Source of the DNA: Nanobdellota archaeon
GTDB taxonomy: Archaea; Nanobdellota; Nanobdellia; Woesearchaeales; JAHWHD01
Length of the DNA stretch: 18,548 nt
NCBI GenBank assembly: GCA_034722435.1
Contig: JAYENX010000009.1
Location: 1-18,548 of the forward strand
Reading direction: 5' to 3'
The notes beneath the pieces were generated by a model that saw only the letters and a list, made by a program, of their open reading frames with translations, had not been told where the DNA came from and made no database searches. Made by a program: the position numbers and the translations under genes. Position 1 is the stretch's first letter; each line of letters starts with the position of its first letter. Positions 7,643-15,375 of the stretch are shown in pieces.

Positions 7643-8515
7643 TTAGCAATTTTTATCAATAGCTTTTACAATCTTTTCTGTTGCTGTTTTTACTTTAATT
7701 TCTAACTTTTTTGGTATTCTGACTGCTCTGCCTTCTGCAAATAAATGCATTGGTCGGTTTGGAGATACGAATAACATGGCACCTGCGTATTTGCCGTTAA
7801 CTGTCATGCTACGTATTTCGAAGAATTCGTTTTTAAACAAATCATGTGAATGGATAAGTTGTTGTAGAATGTATGGTCCTGTTATTTTAAAGTCTTTAGG
7901 GATTTCTTCGTATGAATGGAAAATGTAAAGGCCTTGGCTTTTTTGGCCCTTAAGAGGTTTTAGAACAAAACCGTCTGTTAAAGTGTTTTTTACTATTTTT
8001 TTTATATCTGACTTTTTATTTATTTTGAAAGATTTAGGTACTTTTACGTTTGTGTTTTCTTTTACAATTTTCTGCGTTTTTAATTTGTTTAGAGTTAATC
8101 GTGATATACATAATGGATTAATAACTTTAATTCCTGCTTTTTCTTGGGCGGTTGCGATTCCGGCACCTGCTCTTAAAACAACATCAGGTAGTATAATCTT
8201 GTTTCTGGATGTGATTAAAGAACCGTCTCCTTCTTTCATCCTTTTACGGTTTTTTTCGTAAGGGCAGAAGTTTATGTTTCCTTTGAAATATTTCTTGAAC
8301 TCTTTTGAAACAATAGTTTTATTCCAATTACCTCTTGAGATTACAGCTAAAGTTTTGTATTTGTTTAAGAATTTACATAGTTCTTTTACAGGTTTTACAG
8401 TAGGGTATATTTTTTTGTATTCTTTTAATGCGCCTGGTGAAGAGTTGGCTTCAATAAAGTAAAGGTCTTTATGTTTATCATAAATGAAATCCAGAGCTGC
8501 GTATGTGTAGTTCAT
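7643..8515 (-). CDS. RimK/LysX-like ATP-grasp ligase, circularly permuted
   Basis: Motifs NKLKTQ, VPKS, VLKPLKGQKSQG, ILQQLI and EIRSMTVNGK are present. The normally C-terminal D...ExN segment (ALDFIY...FIEANSSPG) is at the N-terminus. Confidence 0.8.
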   Translation of the reverse strand: MNYTYAALDFIYDKHKDLYFIEANSSPGALKEYKKIYPTVKPVKELCKFLNKYKTLAVISRGNWNKTIVSKEFKKYFKGNINFCPYEKNRKRMKEGDGSLITSRNKIILPDVVLRAGAGIATAQEKAGIKVINPLCISRLTLNKLKTQKIVKENTNVKVPKSFKINKKSDIKKIVKNTLTDGFVLKPLKGQKSQGLYIFHSYEEIPKDFKITGPYILQQLIHSHDLFKNEFFEIRSMTVNGKYAGAMLFVSPNRPMHLFAEGRAVRIPKKLEIKVKTATEKIVKAIDKNC

Positions 8516-8616
8516 TACTATTATATTATGTATTGTGGTATTAAAGGGTTGTGGTTGAGTAAGTTAATCTTTTGATTTCAAAACAATTATAAACTTCTTA
8601 TGTTTTCTAAGTTATT

Positions 8617-8898
8617 ATGACGGCAAGAGATAAATACGGACATACGTCTGTGAAGGATAAGGATGGTAAAGTATTGTTTGATTATTATTATAGTGAGAAT
8701 GATGGTTGGACATTGAAGAATAGAGGTTTTGAGACTGATCTGGAGATTAATTTTGGTACCTGTACAATTGATGATTTAACAGGCGTTCTTCCTAGTCTTC
8801 CGAAAGATGTATATACACTTGTTTCTGGGATGATCGTTAAAGGTAAGCTTGTTTCAGGAAGTTATAGGCAACCTGAACCTGATTTTAGTAAGAGATAA
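8617..8898 (+). CDS. Hypothetical protein (93 aa)
   Basis: ATTATAAA (8586-8593) lies 23 nt upstream of the ATG. No recognised family. Confidence 0.6.
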   Translation: MTARDKYGHTSVKDKDGKVLFDYYYSENDGWTLKNRGFETDLEINFGTCTIDDLTGVLPSLPKDVYTLVSGMIVKGKLVSGSYRQPEPDFSKR

Positions 8899-9055
8899 TT
8901 CTGAAGAAATCATTGTATGTATATGGTAGTTTTAAGTATAATATAAAGAGGATAAGGTTGGACTTATTCTGAATTGATATTTTTAATATTTTTATTATAA
9001 TATTTTCGCATTATTTGCGATAATCTTTATAAAGTATTAAGCATTGTAAAGGTGT

Positions 9056-10507
9056 ATGCGATGGTTAATATTGTTCATTGTGCTTTTGTTACTTGTTTCT
9101 GTAGTTGTGGCTAAACCTCTTGTTACTGTTAAGAAAGATGGTGAGTTTGTATATGGTCAGATTATAAGTTATGATGAAGAGGACGATTATGATTCTTCCA
9201 AAGGAGGGTTACTTGATAATTCCGAGCCTGATGAAGAAGGGGTAAGGTATCATGTACGTTTATCTGATGATGATCTTTTGATGGGTTATTTAAAGTTTAG
9301 TCAAGATACTCCAATAGAAGTTAATCTTGACAGGGTTGTTGAGGTTGAGGTAAAGGAGAAACCTTATATGAAAACTTTAATGATTACAAGTGCCGATTTT
9401 TATTGTACTGATATTGAAGTCAGGGATAAAGGTATTTTCTCTGTTCTTGCATCGAAAAGTTATCTTAGATTTTTTGATAACAAAGTTATGTTGCCTGATT
9501 TTATGGATAAGTATAGGTTTCATTTTCAAAGTAATTTTGGATATAATGATTATTTTGATGGTTTTTTTGTTCTTGTTAAAGGTAGCAAAATTGTTATTGA
9601 TGATGAGGATGTTTATGTTAATGGTGAAAAATTAGAGAAGATAGGTAGTAAATCTGATTTCGAGAGTTATAATCTTGTGATGGAGGGAGGGTGTACAGAA
9701 CTTCCAATTTCTGAGAGATTTGTTGTTCAAGATGAGTCTGTTGAGAATGAAGAAATTGTTGATGGAGATTTTGATGAGTTAGGTGTGCTTGTAGTGTTTG
9801 CTTTTTTTTCTGGCGATGATAAATTTAATGGAGCTGATTTGCAGGAGTTTGGTGAGGAAGTGAAGAAAGCTTTTGTTTCTGGTTTGAATATTTGTGCTGA
9901 TATTCGGGTTATAACTGCTGGTTCTTGTGAAGGGTTTAAGTATGATGGTGAAAAGGATTCTGATAATTGGAATATTGGAAAGGATTGTGTATTTGAAGAG
10001 AATCCTTTTTATAGAAAATATTTTAATAATACTATATTTCTTGCTATAGGTAATAATAATGTGAAAACGAGTTATTTTGATTATGGTTTTCCTGGTGTGA
10101 GTTCAGCATCAATACCTGGGTTTATATTTACAAGGTATGGAAAGATAAATGCTGCAGTGCATGAACTTGGGCATAGTTTTGGGTTGAATGAAGGGTATTG
10201 TTATAATCCTCCAGGGAATGAACAGTGTCCAGAAGGAAAAGATTGTACTTCTAATCCGACTGATTCTTCTTTAGACGGAAATGAACCTGCGTTTTGGGGA
10301 TTTTTTAATTGGATAAATAGTTTAGTGGATGGAGATTATTGTGAAAGTCAAACGGGGTACAGATTGAGTGTTAAAGGGAATAAATGGGATCCTCCTAATG
10401 GAGGAAGGACGTATATGGCAATGGAAGATGCTCAAGGTCCGCGCGGTTGGGATAAGTATGATAGAAAATATTTGAATAATTATTTTTTATTGAAGTGTGA
10501 AGAATAA
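9056..10507 (+). CDS. Secreted acidic protein with a C-terminal zinc metallopeptidase-like domain
   Basis: Signal peptide MRWLILFIVLLLLVSVVVA, motif VHELGHSFGLNE, Cys-rich C-terminal region and a downstream Met (YMAM). TTTATAAA at 9026-9033. Confidence 0.75.
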   Translation: MRWLILFIVLLLLVSVVVAKPLVTVKKDGEFVYGQIISYDEEDDYDSSKGGLLDNSEPDEEGVRYHVRLSDDDLLMGYLKFSQDTPIEVNLDRVVEVEVKEKPYMKTLMITSADFYCTDIEVRDKGIFSVLASKSYLRFFDNKVMLPDFMDKYRFHFQSNFGYNDYFDGFFVLVKGSKIVIDDEDVYVNGEKLEKIGSKSDFESYNLVMEGGCTELPISERFVVQDESVENEEIVDGDFDELGVLVVFAFFSGDDKFNGADLQEFGEEVKKAFVSGLNICADIRVITAGSCEGFKYDGEKDSDNWNIGKDCVFEENPFYRKYFNNTIFLAIGNNNVKTSYFDYGFPGVSSASIPGFIFTRYGKINAAVHELGHSFGLNEGYCYNPPGNEQCPEGKDCTSNPTDSSLDGNEPAFWGFFNWINSLVDGDYCESQTGYRLSVKGNKWDPPNGGRTYMAMEDAQGPRGWDKYDRKYLNNYFLLKCEE

Positions 10508-10509
10508 AG

Positions 10510-11391
10510 TTAGTTCATTATTGTTTTTAGGTAATCTCCTACTTTGATACATACTTCAATAGCTTCTTGGTGGTAATATTTTACAGGGTCTTTATCGTTA
10601 TCAGCTAATATTCCAATTATTTTGTCAGTGCCTTTTGAATTTCTGTGAAGACGGAGTTCTTCATACGTGCCTGGTCTGAATATCATTTTTTCAGACTTTT
10701 CAAGGTTACGAAGTTTGACGTATATATCCGTAAGAAGTTTAAGAAGTTCAGCTGCGTTATCTTTTTTGAAGTATTTAGTGAGTTCAGAAAATTTATTGTA
10801 AAGTTCTTTAGGAATTTTTATAGAATTGCGTAGTTCTATGCTTCCGCCTTTTTTGTTGGAGTAAACTCTTCCGATTACAAAATTAATAGATTTACATTTA
10901 TCTTCAATACTGTTCAGAGATACTTTGAAGTTTTTCTTGTTTACAGAAAGTTGTTGATGTGCTTGTTTCAAAGATCTTCTTAAAGCTGTGATGTCTCTTG
11001 TATATTGTGAACGTTGTTGTTTGTAGAGTGTTTGAAGTTTTTTAACTGTGGTCTCTCGAGATATTGAGTGTTCGTTCCGTGCAATTATGAAGAATAATGC
11101 ATTTGCAAGGTATGCGATGATAATGTTAACAACTGCTAAATTTCCCCATTGATCTTTGATTAAAAAAAATAGTAAAGGAAATATTAATGGAGCTATTAAT
11201 ACTAAACGCATATCTTGTTTTCGTATAAAAAACATTAATATTAGATATAATAAAAATGGTAGTAAGCCTGCGAAGACTTTGTCAAGAGCGGATTCTGTAA
11301 GGAATGATAATATCATCATAGCCGATATAAAGAATACGCTTGAAGAAATCAGCATTACTTTGTTATTGAAATACAGTACCTCTTTTTGCAT
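10510..11391 (-). CDS. Hypothetical membrane protein (4 N-terminal TM helices, coiled coil, soluble C-terminal domain)
   Basis: Four hydrophobic segments in the first ~105 aa, then a heptad-like region. Minus-strand TTTAAATA at 11417-11424. Confidence 0.75.
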   Translation of the reverse strand: MQKEVLYFNNKVMLISSSVFFISAMMILSFLTESALDKVFAGLLPFLLYLILMFFIRKQDMRLVLIAPLIFPLLFFLIKDQWGNLAVVNIIIAYLANALFFIIARNEHSISRETTVKKLQTLYKQQRSQYTRDITALRRSLKQAHQQLSVNKKNFKVSLNSIEDKCKSINFVIGRVYSNKKGGSIELRNSIKIPKELYNKFSELTKYFKKDNAAELLKLLTDIYVKLRNLEKSEKMIFRPGTYEELRLHRNSKGTDKIIGILADNDKDPVKYYHQEAIEVCIKVGDYLKTIMN

Positions 11392-11446
11392 AATGGGGTT
11401 ATTTTAGAGGTTTTAGTATTTAAATGTTTAGAATGAAAAAAAATAA

Positions 11447-12076
11447 TTATACTAATTTTTCAAGAGTTGTGTAAGCTTTTTCCCAGAATGTAGGTGAAGC
11501 TTTTTGTCCAGGTTTGTCTTTATCGCAATCAACTAAATGTCTGCCATATTTAGTACTTATGACTTGAGTAAGATGGTCGTGATGGTATGTAGATGTTGCA
11601 ATTACAAAAGGAAGTCCTCTAGATCTTGCTTCTTCAGCTATTAATACACCTAATGGTTGGTTTGAAGCAGATTCTTGGATTGCCATTCTCATAGCTTCTT
11701 TGTATCCTATTGCACTAAAAAAATTAGGTAGATGTGCATTTTTCGCAAGTAGTTCTCCTACTTTTTTACGTGTTTCTCCTTCTGCACCTAATGTATCAAG
11801 AACTTTTATCATAGCTTTAGATACTGGGGTGTCTTTACTTATTTTTGTGTCTTTAGTAAGATCTTCTAGAACTTGGTATCCTAGTTTTCTATCTTCACTT
11901 CCAGTTTCTGCAGGAAAAAAGCAATCAGTGATTATTCCACCATAAGTGTTAATCTTTAAAAGTTGCATAGCTTGTTTGTAATCTGAAACATAGTCTACTT
12001 CAATGTTTCTAGTTTTAAAGAATTCTTCTGCAGCTTTTTTGAACTCAGGGTTATCTTCTACTAATAATATTTTCAT
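11447..12076 (-). CDS. Stand-alone response-regulator receiver (REC) protein with a large internal insertion
   Basis: ILLVEDN, phosphoacceptor IITD51, LPFVIATS and a late Lys (GQK). SD AGGTGA at 12086-12091 (minus). Confidence 0.8.
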   Translation of the reverse strand: MKILLVEDNPEFKKAAEEFFKTRNIEVDYVSDYKQAMQLLKINTYGGIITDCFFPAETGSEDRKLGYQVLEDLTKDTKISKDTPVSKAMIKVLDTLGAEGETRKKVGELLAKNAHLPNFFSAIGYKEAMRMAIQESASNQPLGVLIAEEARSRGLPFVIATSTYHHDHLTQVISTKYGRHLVDCDKDKPGQKASPTFWEKAYTTLEKLV

Positions 12077-12217
12077 TTTAATTTTTCACCTTGTTAAATT
12101 GTATTAATATTTTTGATTAATGTTTTACTTATATTTAAATGTTTCTTTATGTGACTACTGGTAAGGGGTTCTAAATCACAACTAACCTTTATATTCAACT
12201 CTTTATGAACTATTAAT

Positions 12218-12976
12218 ATGGCTATGATTGACGTTGGACATCCTGATATGATGAGTCTTTATAGGGGTCTTGTTATGTTGACAAAGATACCTGAACTTTG
12301 TAAAGAACAAAATAAAGGTAAGAATAAAAAGAAAAGTAAAAAAAAGAAGGATGTTGAGCCTGTACGAATCTTGGATGTAGGTGGTGGTATCGGTAAGATC
12401 GGTTTTGTGATGCGGTACGAGTTAAATTTAAAGAATTGGGAGTATCATAATGTTGATCAAGATCGGAGTCATCTTGAACGAAGTGTGGGTAATACTTATC
12501 ATGCTGATAGGGATGATATTGATACTTTATTTCAAGCGGATTATTTTCATAGATGTTTTTATATATTTCCAGCGGCTAAAACTTTTACTAGTGAAGATGG
12601 TCAGAGGCGTAATATTGATAAAATTGTAGATGATGATTTAGAGGGTATGTCTAATGCTTATTTTATACCTATATTTAAACAGATACATGTGTTAAGAAAA
12701 CGTGGTCTTTTAGCATTTGCACATTTTGATTACATGAATTTTGATTTTTTATTTGAGGGTATTAATAATGCAGGGATGATTTTGCAAGAAACTTTTGAAT
12801 GGGGAGTGCCTGAAAGTTGTGTATCTTATGCAGATGGAGATGGGCATGTGCCTGGTGTTAAGGCGTATATTTTCCGAAAACAGAGACGGACTAAAGTTCT
12901 TGACAAAGTTACTGAGTTAAAAGAAATGATTAAGATTGAGAAGGTTAAGAAGTCTAAAGGTTGGCCCATTTATTAG
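12218..12976 (+). CDS. Class I SAM-dependent methyltransferase-like protein
   Basis: Motif I RILDVGGGIG and an acidic motif II (NVDQD). TTTATATT at 12188-12195. Substrate unknown. Confidence 0.6.
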   Translation: MAMIDVGHPDMMSLYRGLVMLTKIPELCKEQNKGKNKKKSKKKKDVEPVRILDVGGGIGKIGFVMRYELNLKNWEYHNVDQDRSHLERSVGNTYHADRDDIDTLFQADYFHRCFYIFPAAKTFTSEDGQRRNIDKIVDDDLEGMSNAYFIPIFKQIHVLRKRGLLAFAHFDYMNFDFLFEGINNAGMILQETFEWGVPESCVSYADGDGHVPGVKAYIFRKQRRTKVLDKVTELKEMIKIEKVKKSKGWPIY

Positions 12977-13067
12977 TATATATATGGATGAATTGTATTT
13001 AAATTACGTAACCCTTATATACTTCCTTCGGGGGATAGGGTTAAAAACATATTGGAGTTGATATAAT

Positions 13068-13502
13068 ATGCCAGTAAAAGAAGGAGATAAAGTAAAAGTT
13101 GATTATGAAGGTAAATTTGATGATGGTACAGTTTTTGATTCGTCAACACATGGAGATCATAGCCATCCTTTAGAGTTTGAGATTGGGGCTAAACAAGTTA
13201 TACCTGGATTTGAAGAAGCTATTAAAAGTATGGAAATTGGTGAAGAGAAGGAAGTTGTTCTTGAATCAAAAGATGCTTACGGGGATGTTAACCCTGAACT
13301 TCATAAGAAATTGCCAAGGGAAATGTTGCCAAAGGATCAAGAGCCTAAAGTTGGAATGATGTTAGCAATGCAAGGACCAGATGGTCAACAGTTTCCTGCA
13401 AAGATTGTTGAAGTGGATGAGAAAGAGATTACGGTTGATTTGAACCATCCATTAGCGGGTAAGACTTTGCATTTTAAATTGAAGTTAGTTGGAGTTAACT
13501 AA
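13068..13502 (+). CDS. slyD: FKBP-type peptidyl-prolyl cis-trans isomerase, SlyD-like
   Basis: GDKVKVDYEGKFDDGTVFDSS, VIPGFEEA, DAYG, IF domain and VDLNHPLAGKTLHF. It lacks the long His/Cys-rich C-terminal tail of E. coli SlyD. Confidence 0.95.
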   Translation: MPVKEGDKVKVDYEGKFDDGTVFDSSTHGDHSHPLEFEIGAKQVIPGFEEAIKSMEIGEEKEVVLESKDAYGDVNPELHKKLPREMLPKDQEPKVGMMLAMQGPDGQQFPAKIVEVDEKEITVDLNHPLAGKTLHFKLKLVGVN

Positions 13503-13560
13503 TTATTTTATTTTTTTAAATTATTTTCTTAATTTTTTATAACTTGGATGGATTAATTTT

Positions 13561-13584
13561 TTATTATTATTATTATTATTATTA
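13561..13584. repeat. (TTA)8 trinucleotide repeat in a T-rich intergenic region
   Basis: Read directly from the sequence. It follows oligo-T tracts at 13505-13540, which may be an archaeal terminator. Confidence 0.85.
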
Positions 13585-13657
13585 TTTCTATGTATTCTTA
13601 AACCTATAGAACCATGTTACATAAATCTTTATAAGTTGTTGGTATTGTTTTTTTATG

Positions 13658-14587
13658 ATGAAAAAAATTGTGGTGATAGGTGGTGGAACAGGTAGTTATA
13701 CTGTGTTACGTGGTTTGAAAAAGTTTTCTAAATATGATCTTACGGCGATAATTGCAATGTTTGATTCTGGTGCTAGTACTGGGATGTTACGTGATGAATA
13801 TGGTATACTTCCTCCGGGGGATATAAGGAAGGCTCTTACTGCTTTGGGTGATACTTCGTTAATGCGGAAGATATTCAAGTATAGGTTTAGTAAGACTGAT
13901 AAACATTCACTTGGTAATCTTATGTTAACAGCTCTAGGTGATATTGCTGGTGATGAGGCTGAAGGGTACAAACTTGCTTCAAAACTTTTGAATGTTCAAG
14001 GTAGAGTTCTTCCGGTTACTACGGATCATTGTCATTTTAATGCTGAGCTTTTTGATGGTCGTGTTTTAAAGGGTGAGAGTAATTTTAATTTCCCTGTTAG
14101 TTCTCCAATAAAAAAGATTTGGCTTGAGCCTAAATCTATTATTTATGAGGATGCAAGAAATGCTATTGAAGATGCTGATCTTATAGTTATAGGTCCTGGT
14201 TCTTTGTATACAAGTGTATGTTGTAATTTTTTAGTTGAAGGTTTTGCTGAAGCTATTAGAAAGAGTAAAGCTAAGAAAGTTTATGTGTGCAATATTATGA
14301 CTCAGTTGAGTGAGACTGATGGTATGAGTGTGGTTGAACATGTTTCTGTTGTTGAATCATTTTTAGGTGAAAATGTGTTGGATTATGTTATAGTTAATAG
14401 TAAAAGGCCGTCTAATGAACTATTGGAAAAATATAAACAAGAAGATGCTTATTTTGTGATTGATGATAGTGAAGAGTTGAATTATAATATAATACGAGCA
14501 AACCTTTTATATGAGCCTGATTTGATAAGGCACAATCGAGAAAAATTGGCAAGGTTAGTACTTGAACTTGCTGAGGTGGAAAAATGA
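13658..14587 (+). CDS. yvcK: YvcK/GlmR (UPF0052, CofD-related) family protein
   Basis: VVIGGGTG, DSGASTG.LR, PPGDIR, HSLGNL, IGPGSLYTS and VCNIMTQ. TTTATAAG (13628-13635) favours ATG 13658, though 13655 is possible. Confidence 0.9.
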   Translation: MKKIVVIGGGTGSYTVLRGLKKFSKYDLTAIIAMFDSGASTGMLRDEYGILPPGDIRKALTALGDTSLMRKIFKYRFSKTDKHSLGNLMLTALGDIAGDEAEGYKLASKLLNVQGRVLPVTTDHCHFNAELFDGRVLKGESNFNFPVSSPIKKIWLEPKSIIYEDARNAIEDADLIVIGPGSLYTSVCCNFLVEGFAEAIRKSKAKKVYVCNIMTQLSETDGMSVVEHVSVVESFLGENVLDYVIVNSKRPSNELLEKYKQEDAYFVIDDSEELNYNIIRANLLYEPDLIRHNREKLARLVLELAEVEK

Positions 14588-15270
14588 AAGTTGTATTATT
14601 GGCTGCAGGGAAGGGTACGCGTATGATGCCTTTGACAAAGGATACTCCTAAACCTTTACTAAAGATTAATGGTAAACCTTTTTTGTATTATATGATTGAA
14701 AGATTGAAAAAGGCAGGGTATACTGAATTTGGAATTATTTATTCAGTTATGAAGGATCAGTTTGAGAGGTTTATGGATGAGTATAATGTTAATGGTACTT
14801 TGATAATGCAAGAGAATCAACTTGGTACTGGTGATGCTTTGAAAAAGGCGCGAGCTTTTATTGGTGAAGATGATTTTGTTATGATATATGCTGATAATAT
14901 TTTTTCTGTTGATGATTATAAACATTTTAATTTAAGTGATGATTTTTGTTATGTTTCAGGTCTTAAGCATGAACATCCTGAAAATTATGGTGTGCTTTTG
15001 GAGAAAGATGGTTATTTGAGGGAGATAGTTGAGAAACCGAAAGAGTTTGTTGGTAATCTTATCAGTGCAGGAATTTTCAAGTTTACTCCTGCGATTTTTG
15101 ATGCTCTTGATAAGATTGAACTTTCTCCCAGAGGTGAATATGAACTTACAGATGCAGTCACTATACTTGCTGAGAAAAAGAAAGTTAAGGTTGTTCAAGT
15201 ATCTATAATGGTTGATTTTGGTAAGTTAGAAGATGTGCCGAAGGTTGAATCGTATCTTTCTGATGAGTGA
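14584..15270 (+). CDS. Sugar-phosphate nucleotidyltransferase (NTP_transferase; GlmU/RmlA-like catalytic domain only)
   Basis: LLAAGKGTRMMPLT...KPLL, QLGTGDA, YADN, EKP and PRGEYELTDA. ATGA overlap with yvcK. Confidence 0.92.
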   Translation: MKVVLLAAGKGTRMMPLTKDTPKPLLKINGKPFLYYMIERLKKAGYTEFGIIYSVMKDQFERFMDEYNVNGTLIMQENQLGTGDALKKARAFIGEDDFVMIYADNIFSVDDYKHFNLSDDFCYVSGLKHEHPENYGVLLEKDGYLREIVEKPKEFVGNLISAGIFKFTPAIFDALDKIELSPRGEYELTDAVTILAEKKKVKVVQVSIMVDFGKLEDVPKVESYLSDE

Positions 15271-15375
15271 AACCGTCTCGTTCACCTGCTGTAATTTATA
15301 TTTTTTGTAATACAGCATCGTTGCAGTCTTACGATTAGTGGGCTGGTTCACTGGCCATTACTGGCGACGTTTTCA
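15268..15375. ncRNA. Candidate structured RNA or MITE-like element between convergent genes
   Basis: 46/108 G+C by hand count, 10-nt terminal inverted repeats (9/10 match) and three internal hairpins. No family recognised. Confidence 0.3.

Noticed and set aside
13143-13166. His-rich loop STHGDHSH in SlyD as a novel metal site
   Set aside because: Plausible, but SlyD proteins commonly bind metals through His residues, and nothing in the sequence alone shows novelty.
15260-15273. CTGATGAG-T-GAAAC resembles a hammerhead ribozyme core or a C/D-box C motif
   Set aside because: There is no room for stem II between CUGAUGA and GAAA and no downstream CUGA D box. The sequence is explained by the codons for S-D-E-stop.
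15268-15375. tRNA, TPP riboswitch or firm 5S rRNA call for the structured intergenic element
   Set aside because: No TTCRA T-loop in the right context, no CUGAGA or P5 stem, and the 5S arm lengths and loop C do not fit. Kept only as an unclassified candidate.
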